A stretch of DNA of 63,890 nucleotides, filler included, from Chiloscyllium plagiosum (taxonomy: Eukaryota), in assembly GCF_004010195.1 (NCBI RefSeq). It is 5 parts of one record of this genome, joined end to end, with 100 filler letters (N's around TTAATTAATTAA, not from the genome) between each part and the next. Parts side by side here need not be neighbours in the genome. Positions count along the whole stretch, not along the records: positions 1 to 27,486 come from NC_057712.1; 4 more parts are not named here. One strand, 5' to 3'. This document shows, piece after piece, positions 1-12,639 of this stretch. The position numbers and the translations under genes are program-made. A model generated the notes under the pieces. It had not been told where the DNA came from and searched no databases. It was given only the letters and a program-made list of their open reading frames with translations. Numbering within the stretch: position 1 is the stretch's first letter; every line of letters starts with the position of its first letter.

Positions 1-268
1 GTGTTACAAGGCGACATAAATTTAAGGTGACGGGTGGAAGGTATAGGGGAGATGTCAGGGGTAGGTTCTTTACCCAGAGAGTGGTGGGGGCATGGAATGC
101 GCTGCCTGTGGGAGTGGCAGAGTCAGAATCATTGGTGACCTTTAAGCGGCAATAGGATAGGTACATGGATGGGTGCTTAAGCTAGAACAAATGTTCGGCA
201 CAACATTGTGGGCCGAAGGGCCTGTTCTGTGCTGTATTGTTCTATGTTCTATGTTCTATGTTCTATGA
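1..268 (+). mobile_element. CR1 LINE 3' end (young subfamily) with (TTCTATG)n tail
   Basis: ORF2 C-terminus (..RFFTQRVVGAWNALP..), then 3' UTR ggccgaagggcctgttctgtgctgta and tandem TTCTATG tail ending about 268. Confidence 0.9.
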
Positions 269-371
269 TATGGGCCAAAGGCAGGGAAGTGGGCCTAGTT
301 TGATTTGAGGACATGGTCAGCATGGACTAGTTGGACCGAAGGGTCTGTTTCCATGCTGTATGACTCTATGC
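269..371 (+). mobile_element. Older CR1 LINE 3' UTR, abutted or interrupted by the element at 1-268
   Basis: atatgggccaaa...ggaccgaagggtctgtttccatgctgtatgactctatg matches the CR1 3' UTR seen at 727-800(-), 9560-9675 and 61900-61995. Confidence 0.75.
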
Positions 372-726
372 TTTCCTTTGGAATTCAAATGAAATTGATG
401 TAATTGCATCATTCTTTTTACCATATGACTTTTTGCTTGCCTTTCTTTGGTGAATTGTGTCTATAACTACCAGCTCTAATTACTTGCATGTCAAAATGTG
501 GGCAAGGTCAGAGCTGATTGGCTGGCTGCATTCTTCCAGTATTGACCCTGTTACTTCTAATGACAGAACACAGGGATCATCAGCATGGACTACACCTAAG
601 TTCATTCAGGTGTAGTGTAACATCTGGATTCAGCACAGTTGAAGCTGGAAGTTGCAGTGCTATTGTGGTCCTGAATAGCAGTGAACATCTCAGCAAAATT
701 AAACAGTAAATGTACATGGAGTTAAG

Positions 727-3230
727 GAGTCATAGAGATGTACAGCATGGAAACAGACCCTTCGGTCCAAACTGTCCATGCCGACCAGATATCCCAACCC
801 AATCTAGTCCCTCCTGCCAGCACCTGGCCCATATCCCTCCAAACCCTTCCTATTCATATACCCATCCAGATGCCTCTGAAATGTTGCAATTGTACCAGCC
901 TCCACCACATCCTCTGGCAGCTAATTCCAAACGTGTACCACCCTCTGTGTGAAAGAGTTGTCCAGTAGGCCTCTTTTATATCTTTCCCCTCTCACCCAAT
1001 ACCTGTGCTCTCTAGTTCTGGGCTCCCCGACCCTAGGGAAAACACTTTACCTACTTATCCTATCCATGCCCCTCATAATTTTGAAAACCTCTATAAGGTC
1101 ACCCCTCAGCCTCCAACGCTCCACGGAAAACAGCCCCAGCCTGTTCAGCCTCTCCCTATAGCTCAAATCTTCCAACCCTGGCAACATCCTTTAAAATCTT
1201 TTCTGAACCCTTTCAAATTTCACAATATCTTTCCGATAGGAAGGAGACCAGAATTGCACGCAATATTCCAACAGTAGCCTAACCAATCCATTAAGTGTAT
1301 AAGTCCTGCTAAGATTTGCTTTCCCAAAATGCAGCACCTCGCATTTATCTGAATTAAACTCCATCTGCCACTTCTCAGCCCATTGGCCCATCTGTTCCAG
1401 ATCCTGTTGTAACCTGAGGTAACCCTCTTTGCTGTCCATTACACCTTCAATTTTGGTGTCATTTGCAAACTTACTAACCCTTTTCCACAGTAAATACTGA
1501 TGCAAAATACTCATTTAGTATCTCCCCCATTTTCTGCGACTCCACACAGGCCACCTTGCTGATCTTTGAGGGGCCCTATTCTCTCCCTAGTTACCCTTTT
1601 GTCCTTAATGTATTTGTAAAAACTCTTTGGATTCTCCTTAATTCTATTTGCCAAAGCTATTCATGTCCCCTTTTTGCCCTCCTGATTACCCTCTTAAGTA
1701 TACTCCTTTATACTCTTCTAAGGATTCACTCGATCTATCCTGTCCATACCTTACATATGCTTCCTTCTTTTTCTTAACCAAACCCTCAATTTCTTTAGTC
1801 ATCCAGCATTCCCTATACCTACCAGCCTTTCCTTTCACCCTAACAGGAATATACTTTCTCTGGATTCTCGTTACGTCATTTTTGAAGGTTTCCCATTTTC
1901 CAGTCGTTCCTTTATCTGCGAACATCTGCTCCCAATCAGCTTTTGAAAGTTCTTGCCTAATACCGTCAAATTTGGCCTTTCTCCAATTTCGAACTTCAAC
2001 TTTTAGATCTGGTCTATCCTTTTCTATCACTATTTTAAAACGAATAGAGTTATGGTCACTGTCCCCAAAGTGCTCCCCCACTGACACCTCAGTCACCTGG
2101 CCTGCCTTATTTCCCAAGTGTAGGTCAAGTTTTGCACGTTCTGCAGTCGGTAAATCCAAATACTGAAACAGAAAATTGTCTTGTGCACACTTAACAAATT
2201 CCTCTCCATCTAAACCCTTAACACTATGGCAGTCCCGGTCTATGTTTGGAAAGTTAAAATCCCCTACCATAACCACCCTATTATTCTTACAGATAGCTGA
2301 GATCTCCTTACAAGTTTGTTTCTCAATTTCCCTCTCATGTTGGGGGGTCTATAATACAAGGTGATCATCCCTTTCTTATTTCTCAGTTCCACTCAAATAA
2401 CTTCCCTGGATGTATTTCCAGGAATATCCTTCCTCAGCACAGCTGTAATGCTATCCCTTATCAAAAATGCGACTCCCCCTCCTCTCTTGCATCCCTTTCT
2501 GTCCTTCCTGTAGCATTTGTATCCTGGAACATTAAGCTGCCAGTCCTGCCCAATCCTGAGCCATGTTTCTGTAATTGCTATGATATCCCAGTCCCATGTT
2601 CCTAACCATGCCCTGAGTTCATCTGCCTTCCCTGTTAGGCCCCTTGCATTGAAATAAATGCAGTTTAATTTATTAGTCCTACCTTGTCCCTGCCTGCCCT
2701 GACTGTTTGACTCGCTTCTGTTCTCAACTGTACCCGTCTCAGATCGATATCTTTCCTCACTATCTCCCTGGGTCCCACCCCACCACCTTACTAGTTTAAA
2801 TCCTCCCGAGCAACTCCAGCAAATTTCCCTGCCAGTATATTAGTCCCCTTCTAATTTAGGTGCAATCTGTCCTCCTTGTACAGGTCACTTCTACCCCAAA
2901 AGAGATTCCAATGATCCAAAAATGTGAATCCTTCTCCCATACACCAGCTCCTCAGCCATGCATTCATCTGCTACGTCCTCCTATTCCTGCTCTCATTAGC
3001 TCATAGCATCGGGAGTAATTCAGATATTACTACTCTCAAGGACGTCCTTTTTAAATTTCTGCCTAACTCTCTGTAATGTCTCTTCAGAATCACAACCTTT
3101 TCCCTTCCTATGTTGTTGGTTCCAATGTGGACAATGACCTCTTGCTGACCCCTCTCCCCCATGAGAACATTCTGCACCCTCTCTGAGACATCCTTGATCC
3201 TGGCACAAGGGAAGCAGCACACCATTCTGC
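727..3230 (-). mobile_element. CR1 LINE, 5'-truncated, with internal deletions (ORF1 esterase, APE endonuclease, ORF2 C-terminus, 3' UTR; RT core missing)
   Basis: ORFs 3001-3225 (VCCFPCARIKDV..VIVHIGTNNIG, SGNH esterase), 1686-2276 (VGDFNFPNID..SDHNSI, APE) and 1191-1514 (KFANDTKI..WQMEFNSDKC). Abrupt junctions near 1285 and 1480. Confidence 0.92.
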
Positions 3231-4613
3231 TTTAGGAGAAGGGTACCTATATAATATAAGTAAAATGCAATGACATTGTGTCGCAAGTGCACTAGATCAT
3301 GAAATGCAAAGAACATTGTGTCCTCCTTCGAGGACATGATTTATTTCACCTTTAACAACGCTTACACATTCCATGACTGAGTCTTCAAAGCCTCTATTGC
3401 TGTTTGAAACTGCATGATTTCTGCTAAATTACTGAGTCTCTGCTACTGGAATAATTCTGATAATTTATTCGGCTCACAATACAGGGACACCACTAATTAA
3501 TTCTTGTGGCTGCAATTTTGTGGGCACATGGATCCAAGGGGATGTGTAACTTTCTTCTGCCTACATATTATTGTTGGATTTGTGCTACTTCCAGGGTAGT
3601 TAACCATAATGGCCTCTCAGTTACCTTTATACTAAAGTTAAATATTAGATGTTACAGCCATGTCTCTAAATGCATATCAGACCTTGTGAAATTATCTAAC
3701 AACACTGTACCCAAGATAATATCCAAAAGAACATTCAACAACTGTCATTGCAGAACCAGTCAGTTGTATATGGTTTGCATTGCGTTTAAATATTTAGAGT
3801 TAGGTGGTCAGTTTAATGGAAATATTTTTCTCCAAAAGGCTGAGTTGTTCGTATAGCCAAGAACAGTCTGATGTGGAATCTCCTCTATAATTTTGCTATG
3901 TTGGACACCAGAGATCGTTTGAGCTGCAGCAGATGCAATGTCAGCTGTCGCAACAATTTATGCTGTCAAGTATTTTTTCAATTACTGGCTTAGTTCCCAA
4001 AGTTTTGCATTACTAATTTTGTGAGTAGTGTGGCTGGTAGCTTTTTTCCAACTTCACCAAGGTGGGATGCTTTAACAGAGAGTTTTTAAATTTAATGATC
4101 TAACCCTTTTCCTGGATTGTACATGTATAAGGTAGCTTATTAATTAATTTATGAATACATAATAGGAAAATGTATGTCAGTAATGGCGATTAAAACTGAA
4201 TTCTCGTCTGATTTATATCATTATATTTTGCTTTATACTTGCTCTGTCATGTACCCTAGAAGGTTTTATTATCTTAAAAGTGCCTTACAAATACAAGTTA
4301 TTATTAACATAGAGGAAAATGATCTGCAAATCACAAATACTCCACTATGATGTTTTACCATTCTTGAGTTCCAGTGAAGTCAGCAGCTAATAGTATTACG
4401 ACATCTTGATTTAACATGCACTTTTCTATGGTATTACATTAATCCAAATAGTTTAGTAATACTTTGCAGGAATGACGACAAATGCACTATTTTGTTGGCA
4501 GAGGGCAATTGACCTCCTCTCTTTGACAGATCAATGCCAAGGTTTTATTTCCTGTTATCATTTAGCTGCTGTTTTTCCTTTTAATATCAACTCGTTTATC
4601 TGTTGTGTTGCAG

Positions 4614-4699
4614 AATGGGAATTTGATAGTAGTACTTCTCTGTTCCATAATAATGTTGTCAGAAGGTCACCATTCCTTGAATGGAACCAGATGCCAAAG
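4614..4699 (+). other. Candidate internal exon of an unidentified host gene
   Basis: Pyrimidine-rich acceptor ..tgttgtgttgcag| and donor AAG|gtagct in unique sequence. One open frame reads (E)WEFDSSTSLFHNNVVRRSPFLEWNQMPK. Protein not recognised. Confidence 0.3.
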
Positions 4700-7313
4700 G
4701 TAGCTACTGTTCATTTACTACCCTGTCTTATCTTTCGTAATCTTTCCTCTTTCCTGAGCAATTAATTAAAAGACAGGATCTGACCAAAAAGGAAGGATGA
4801 CATATTTCAGTAAAATATTTTTTTCTCTAGTGGCATGCTGTTTTAACTTAATAAAATACTCAGAAGCACATTACTGCCTTCATACACAATGCTACATATA
4901 CACAAAGTTTCAGCGTTAGCAGAGGATAATATGAAGCAGGTCATGTGCATCACAGTAAAATGTGCATTGCATGATGCATCTTTTTCACCACATACATTTT
5001 TATTAACCCAAAGATATGTATGCCCCATATGCTCCTGATTTGAAGGATGTGCAGTTTAATCAATGATTCAGGTGACCATACTTAAGAACTATCAGCTGAT
5101 ATTGAGTTAAAGACCCTTTAAGCCCTAATATACATTTTAACATTTGAAAAAATATACAATTGTTAAGAATTTTTGCAACAGCTAAAGAACAGTTCAGATG
5201 CTTTAAGTAGTTAATAGTTGAGTTTTCAAATTGAAAGTCTGGGAGAGAATTTCTGCATTGTATTATATAATTTTCATCTTTGATTTTGATTCTTTATCCT
5301 GTTTAAAAGGAATAAAGAAGATTTGATCTATTATATTTTCGTTGTGCCTGTTGATGAAACTCAGTATAAACCAGTTTCCTCACTCAGACAGAGAGAATTA
5401 ATTAATAGTTACCATAATGAGATTTTAATGAACACAATTCATGTTGGCGAGGGTAGAAAAACTCTGAACGCTAACCCAGAAATTAAGCAATTTGAAGACA
5501 TGATTGGGTAATTTTAATATTTAAAATATGTATAAACCTATAAATAATGTACATATGTAAATTCTTGATATGATGGTATTGTTTAATAAATAGGAGCATA
5601 TCGGAAATCTAAGAACTTGTGATGGATTTAAACATATATTTGCTACATTTTCATATCTTTAAACTCCGGCATGATTTATATCATAATCACATTTTGATTG
5701 TGAGGATTCAGAGTAGCATCTTGTATCTTATTCAACTAAGCATGATTACATTTTCCAAATTCTGCAACTGTCATTTTTTTTCATTACTTCCCTTATGTTC
5801 TTCAAGAGTCAGCTTTACGTTTTCAGAAAAAAACGTTTTTTATTTGCCCAAATATGACAGTCTCTTGAGAAATTGTTATCACCAGCTTGTTGCAAAACTA
5901 GTGAGAGGTGATTTTAAAACAAATCCAACATTACATTTGCCCGGCCTTAGGGAGATCAATGTGTGCAGCATTGCTGGACTGTTTCCACAATGACAAGATG
6001 GGAACAATAATCCCCTCCCCCACTATGCCTCCTCTTATTGGTTCATTTGAATCCGCAGCATCCTGAAGTGAATGATTTTTTTTGATCCAATGCAGACACC
6101 ACAGCAGTCATTTCAAAACATGTTCTGGCTTGATTACGTTTAATCTTCAGTATTAAAAATCTTCAAATTAAAATGTCTTATGAATGACAACCATAGTTAA
6201 CAAGCTATAGTGTATATAAGTGATACATTTGTACTCTTGAAGAACATATAAAATCCCTTTGTATGAGCTCCATTAGTTGTATTATGTTGCTCCTTTTGAA
6301 TTGCTGATGTTTACTGTTCAAATGACGTCACTGCCAGTTTCTGCTTTTTGAAACTGGCAATCACATAGTTGACACAAATCAATTTATTCATCATGGTCAC
6401 AACAGTAGATTGATATATTTGAACGAAATTGTGTTTGAGAAGGTTCAGCTATGCAGCATAATGATGTGACTTTCACACCAGTTGGTTCATTGTGCTAACA
6501 TTTGTAGGGATTGAAAATAATAATGCTGTTTTTATGATCTAGATTCCTATTTAATTCCTTTATTACATGTGAGATAAACTATCTGAAGAACTGTTTTTGT
6601 GTTGCCAAAAATCGCTGCAATGAAACCTCTTTAGGGCAATATTCCAGAACTAGGACAAAACCAAAACATTGCCAATGCTGGAAATGAAAAATAACTCTAT
6701 CCTGATTAGTTCCAACCAGAAACTTGAGATATTTCTCCCCTTGGTGAAAACATATTAATGCAGTGCATGAAGTTGTATAAAAACAACAAACTGCTGAATT
6801 CTGATCTTCACTTCAAACCAGTACATCACCAGCACCAGCAAAATGCTTTGAAAGTACTCCCCTTTACAAATTCATTTCTAACCTTCCTTCATTCCATTTC
6901 TGCAAAATCTTGTAGCCCTACATTGCAGTTGGCTGGCTCTGATTTATTGTCAGTTTATTGTGCATTTTCTCTCCCCATCTTGTTATCTCCTTGTGATAAC
7001 AAGAGTAGGAAAGATGTTCCTAAACACATTACACCTAAACATTTCTGGAATTCTCTTTATGAATCCTTTAATCTTACTACACTTGCCTGTGTGTTTGTGT
7101 ACAAATGTGCTTTATGAACTGAGATATATCAAATTTCCACCTTCCATGTAAATGTGGGATAGGCCTATTCATTATGAATGGGTTTTTTTTATTATGATCT
7201 CTTCGCAAAACAAGTTTGGAAGTCATGATTTGGAGATGCCGGTGTTGGACTGGGGTGTACAAAGTTAAAAATCACACAATTCCAGGTTATAATCCAACAG
7301 GTTTAATTGGAAG

Positions 7314-7345
7314 CACTAGCTTTCGGAGCACTACTCCATCAGGTG
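7314..7345 (-). ncRNA. Degenerate minimal hammerhead ribozyme in PLE pLTR
   Basis: Minus strand reads cac-CTGATG(deletion)GAGTAGTGCTCC-GAAA-GC-TA-gtg: stem I cac/gtg, palindromic AGCT helix III, core truncated. Confidence 0.55.
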
Positions 7346-7736
7346 GTTTTTTGAATATGCGCAACTTATAGCAAAGTAAGACGCACAACTTATAGCAAAA
7401 GTTTACAGTGTGATGTAACTGAAATTATACATTGAAAAATACCTTTTTTTTGAGTCTCTCATCTGTTAGAATACCATGATAATTTCACTTCTTCCTTTGT
7501 AAATCACACAACTTTTTAAAAAAAGTTACATTCTCAGGATAACTGTAACAATTGATGTCAGCCAGATAAGATGTTGAAGGTGTTAGCCCCCTTTGTTCTG
7601 TTGTCTGTGTCATAATGTTTAGACTGATTCTAATTGAAAAAAAGAATTAACAGAGTCTTAGATGGATTTGTGCAGTTTTTGAGCAAAGTATAATGTAACT
7701 CTGCAAGTACAAATTCACCCCAAAAATATATATGTG

Positions 7737-7807
7737 TATGTGTGCATCTGGGTTTTTGTGTGTGTGTGTGTGTGTGTGTCTGTCTGTCTGGGGTGGGGGG
7801 GGTTGTG

Positions 7808-7842
<35 letters not shown>

Positions 7843-7960
7843 GTAAACAGGTCTAAGTCTGTGAGAGGATGCATATGTGAGTGTGTGTGTGTCTGGGGTG
7901 GGGGTTGAGAGTGTCTGTGAAAGAGAGTGTGTGTGTGTGTGTACACGCACGCGTGTGTAT
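7737..7960. repeat. Compound (TG)n microsatellites inside the PLE
   Basis: Several TG runs directly visible. Confidence 0.9.
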
Positions 7961-8949
7961 AGTGTAATGGTGGTCACCTGTAGTGTGACATGAACCCAAG
8001 GTCCTGGTTGAGGTCCTCCCTATGGGTACCGAATTTCTCTATCAGCCTCTGCTTGGCCACTTTTTGCTGCTGCCTGTCTGGAAGTCTCCCTTGGAGGATG
8101 GTCACCCGAAGGTCCGAGGTCGAATGTCCTGGACCGCTGACATGTTCTCCAACTGGGAGTGAACACTCCCGTTGATTGTTGTATGGTGACCATTCATCCT
8201 TTTCCGTAGCCTTTGCTCGGTTTCACCAATGTACCATGCCTCAGGGCATCCTTGCCTGCAGCATATGAGATAGACAATGTTGGCTGAGTTGCATGAATAC
8301 CTGCCACGTAAGATGGTGGGAGGTGTCCCCACGCGTAATGGTGGTATCCATGTCCACACTGTGACCCATCTTGTAGTGCCTACATGACAGGTTGATATGT
8401 CCTGAAAGCTGGGAAATTTGCTATGAACAATGATCTGTTTAAGGTTTGGTGGTTGATTAAAGGCGAGCAGTGGAGGTGCGGGCAAGGTTTGGGGAGGAGC
8501 TCATTAAACCTGTTGGACTATAACCTGGTGTTGTGTGATTTTTAACTCCAGTTTGGAAGTGTATTGAATATAACCAAAGAATCATAGAATAGTTAACAGC
8601 ACAGAAGGTGGTTGTTAGTCACATTCCATGTTCTTTCCCTATAGCTCTGCATTTTTATTTCTCTTTAGATGCTTATCAATTTTCTTATTCCATGATCTGA
8701 ACTTGCCTCTACCACTCTCTCTGGCTGTGGATTCCAGAAATTAACCACTTGCTGCATAAAAGGAAGTTTCCTCATATTGCCTTTCATACTTAGCGCATTA
8801 GTAGATTAATGCATTGGTGTGCTCTGGGTCTTGACTCTTATTCATTGGAAACAGTTTCTCCATAATCACTCTGATAAGACCCCAACTAGTTCTATTAAGT
8901 CTCCTCTCAACTAAATTGTCCCGAAAAGTGAATGATATAATTTAGCAAA

Positions 8950-9675
8950 GTAATGTTGCTGAACAAAGAGACTTGGAGTGCAGATTCATAGTTCCTTGAA
9001 AGTAGAGTCGCAAGTAGATAGGGTAGTGAAGAAGGCATTTGGTATGCTTGCCTTTATTGGTCAGTGCATTGAATATAGAAGTTTGGAGATCATATTGCAG
9101 CTGTACAAGACATTGGTTAGGCCACTTTTGGAATATTGAATGCAGTTCTGGTCTCCCTGATATAGCAAGGTTCTGAAACTAGAAAGGGATCAGAAAAGAT
9201 TTACAAGAATGCTGTCAGTGTTGAGGTGTTTGAGCTATAAGGAGAGGCTGAATAGGCTGGGGCTATTTTCTCTGGAGCATCGGTGGCTGAGGGGTGACCT
9301 TTTATGGAGGTTTATAAAATCATGAGGTACATGGATAGTGTAAATAGACAAAGTCTTTTCTCTGGGGTGGGTGAGTCCAAAACTAGGGAGCATAGTTTTA
9401 AGGTGAGAAGAGAAAGATTTAAAAGGGACCTAAGGGGCAACTTTTTCATGCAGAGGGTGGTGTGTGTATGTAATGAACTGCCAGAGGAAGTGGTAGAGGC
9501 TGGTACAATTTCAACATTGAAAAGACATCTGAATGGTTATATGAATAGGAAGGGTTTAGAGGGATATGGGCCAAATGTTGGCAAATGGGACTAGATTAAT
9601 TTAGGATACTCTGCTTGGCATGGACAAGTTGGACCAAAGGCTCTGTTTCCATGTTGTATATCGTAAGACTTATAA
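8950..9675 (+). mobile_element. CR1 LINE 3' fragment (ORF2 C-terminus and 3' UTR)
   Basis: ORF 9304-9594 (EVYKIMR..RDLRGNFFMQRVVCVCNELPEEVVEAG) and CR1-type 3' UTR. Confidence 0.9.
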
Positions 9676-10059
9676 CTGAAACCCTTTATCACTAGGACCA
9701 TTCTACTCGGCCTCCATACTCTCTCCCATGCCTTCACATCTTTTCTGAAACATGGTCATCAGATGTGGACACAATAGATTAGCTGAGGCTAAACTGTTGT
9801 TTTATAAAGCTTCACAATGATTTCCTTGCTTTTGTAAATTATTCCTAACTAATCTGTATAGGGGTATTATAACACTCGTCTGGGGTGGGGGAAGGGGCTT
9901 GGAATTGGTGGTAGGGAAAGGGGCTTGAACCCTGGCCTCAAATGTCAAACGTACTGAAAATACCACAGCACCACAAGCATCCCCAGACTTAAACTATGCA
10001 GAGGATTGGTGTGGACTCTGACTGAATGGCCTGCTCCCATACTATAGGGATTCTATGAC

Positions 10060-10440
10060 ACAGGTTCAGACTGCCTGTAATCTTGAGGAATTCGTGTTCC
10101 ACATTCTTAAAGGTCATGCAAGGTTGTAGCACCTCTCTTCTTATTTGAAATGCTGCTCCTTGATGTTTGGTTGTGCTTCAGCCCCATGCTTCTGATCTTT
10201 GGTTTCTTGATGTAGAGGGGACCAAGCAGATTAGCAGATGGCCTTGTGATCTACTTCAGGGCTGGACAAGGCTTTGGCCTATAGAGGGCCTCGTTAGGCT
10301 CAACTGCCTGCCTTCCTGTAGTTATGTCCGTCGCTGGGTTTGCCTGGAGACTGAGTAGGTCGTGAACTTAAACATGTTTGAGGCATGTTTGGACATCATT
10401 GTGGCTGGAGTCAGTTCTAGGAATAACATTAATTTATTTT
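10060..10440 (+). mobile_element. Tx1/L1-clade retrotransposon ORF2 C-terminal remnant
   Basis: Frameshifted peptides FSPMLLIFG and CLPSCSYVRRWVCLETE resemble the end of Tx1-type ORF2. Confidence 0.5.
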
Positions 10441-10559
10441 TAAAAGTTTCCTTTGCAGGAATTTTTGTTACTTTTTAAAGGCTAATGCTTTTAGTTAATC
10501 AATTTAATTAATTCCTTTATTCATTAAATGCAAAGAAAATACATTACGTCCCTAGCAAT

Positions 10560-10988
10560 GCAAGGCCACCATCATCTAGGAGAATGAATGCATAGGAACT
10601 CCATCACTTCCAAGTTCCCCTCCAAGTCACTTGCCATATTGACTTGCACCAACATCACTGTTCCTTCAACGTCACTGAGTCAAAGTCCTGGAACTCCCTC
10701 CCTAACAGCATTTTTTTTATATCTACTAATACCAAAGGATTGCAATGATTCAAAAATGATGTGGAGGAACTGGTGTTGGACTTGAGTGGACAAAGTTAAA
10801 AATCACACAACACCAGGTTATTGTCCAACAGTGCTTCCAAATAAACCAGTTGGATTATAACCTGGTGTTATGATTTTTAACATGATTCAAAAAGGCAGCT
10901 CATCAACACCACCTCAAGATCAGCCAGGAATGGGTAATAAATACTAACCTAGCAATGAAACCCCACCCGCTAAATGGGAAAAAAAAAC
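10560..10988 (+). mobile_element. Old non-LTR retrotransposon 3' end (clade not assigned), interrupted by a PLE hairpin
   Basis: tcctggaactccctccctaacagc...gattcaaaaaggcagctca...gggtaataaata...poly-A. A homologous copy lies at about 59870-60340. Confidence 0.6.
10757..10881. mobile_element. PLE-derived fold-back mini-insertion, 12-bp TSD
   Basis: Arms gttaaaaatcacacaacaccaggttattgtccaac and gttggattataacctggtgttatgatttttaac. TSD atgattcaaaaa at 10745-10756 and 10882-10893. Same family as 7224-8549. Confidence 0.85.
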
Positions 10989-11634
10989 AAGACTGAGGTT
11001 TAACCTAAGCAGTGGTAAAGCTTTTAGAACAAATATCATGGACAAACCTGATAGACTCTTCGGTAAGTGCGGATTAATTATGAATGGCCAATAAGATTTG
11101 CTAAAGGTAAACAAGTTTTGCTGTTTCTACACCCACGTCAGATTTTGTAGCCTTAATTTATATTGCCTCTCCCCATTCTTCCTATCTATACGTACCACTT
11201 CACAGTTCTCTACATTCAACTTCATTTGCTTTCACATGGACGTCTAGAGCTCAGGATCATAGTTTAAAAATGAGGATTCTCCTATTTTAGACGGAGCTGA
11301 GGTGGACTTTTTCAGTCAGATGGTCATTGGACTTCGAATTCTTTCCTGGGGAGAACAATAACAGCAGAGTCAATTAATATAATGATCTAGACCAATTGAG
11401 CATTATGGGGAGCAGCAATGAAATGGAGATAGGGATCATCCGTAATCTTATTGCAGAGCAGACGATTTTATATGAGCATGTATGTTGGCTAGTTTCAAAA
11501 GCCAATGTCTCCTTGAACTCTACATCATAACCCTTACAGTGCAGAACGTTTCCAAATGTTTTGTCACCTGCAAACTTTGAAATTATGCATAAAAGTCTTC
11601 ATCATTAATATGTGCCAAGAATATGTGCCAAGGT

Positions 11635-11946
11635 GGGCGGCACGGTGGCACAGTGATTAGCACTGCTGCCTCACAGCGCCAGAGACCCGGGTTCAATTCC
11701 CGCCTCAGGCGACTGACTGTGTGGAGTTTGCATGTTCTCCCCGTGTCTGCGTGGGTTTCCTCCGGGTGCTCCGGTTTCCTCCCACAGTCCAAAGATGTGC
11801 AGGTCAGGTGAATTGGCCATGCTAAATTGTCCGTAGTGTTAGGTAAGGTATAAATGTAGGGGTATGGGTGGGTTGCGCTTCGGCGGGTCGGTGTGGACTT
11901 GTTGGGCCGAAGGGCCTGTTTCCACACTGTAAGTAATCTAATCTAA
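11635..11946 (+). mobile_element. HE1-type tRNA-derived V-SINE, full length
   Basis: Pol III A box tggcacagtgattagc, B box gggttcaattccc, V-domain tgtggagtttgca..ctccccgtgtctgcgtgggtttcctccgggtgctccggtttcctccca, CR1-like tail and (AATCT)n. Confidence 0.93.
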
Positions 11947-12639
11947 TATCAGATGTGCTAGGAAACTTCACTGTTTAACATTCACCAGGTTCAATTTCTG
12001 ATCACTTTCTGTCCATGCTGCCACTGTCCCTTTTAATTCAACTTTATGGCAAGGCTGTTATGTTACACTTGTTTTGAATGCCTTTTTTGGAAGTCCATGT
12101 TAAGTACATCAACTGCATTAACTATCAGCAAAACAAAATCAAATAAATTAGTTAAACTTTATTTCCTTTTGACAAACACCTGCTAACCTGTCCTTAATTG
12201 ATCCATAATTATCAGAGTGACTGTGAATTCTGTCCCTGAACTTTTTAAAAATTCTTTACCATCACCTAGGTTAAACCGGCTGTAATTGCAAGTGTGTTGG
12301 AACAAATCTGTGACGTTTTCCATTCTACAGCCCGCTGATGTCATCTAATGAGGATTGGACAACTATGTTAACTACTGTAATTTCCTCCCTTACTTTTCTC
12401 AGATGTGTTCCTTTAGATGACGCACTAAATATGTCTACCTAAACTAATATCTTGCCTTTATTAAATATGAACATAAATACGATCATTTATTTTTTTCACT
12501 ATGACTCTGGCAATATTTTGTTCTTTGATAAAGACCACTCAAGGTACTCACTCAGAAGCTCAACCAGTTCTTTGCTCCATGAGTGAATCCCATTTTTTTG
12601 TATCTTGACACAACAGATACTCAAGTATAGATGAATGCT

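Larger units (their letters stand above)
7224..8549 (-). mobile_element. Penelope-like element remnant (GIY-YIG fragment, (CA)n-rich 3' region, pLTR) with short inverted terminal copy and 11-bp TSD
   Basis: ORF 8102-8485 contains GRYSCNSANIVYLICCRQGCPEAWYIGETEQRLRKRMNGH (PLE GIY-YIG). 7261-7306 is inverted at 8504-8547. TSD agtttggaagt at 7213-7223 and 8550-8560. Confidence 0.88.

Noticed and set aside
7630..7977. His/Thr-rich ORFs
   Set aside because: Translation of (CA)n microsatellites
11635..11720. tRNA-like sequence with A and B boxes
   Set aside because: Head of an HE1 SINE, continuing into V-domain and LINE tail; not a tRNA gene
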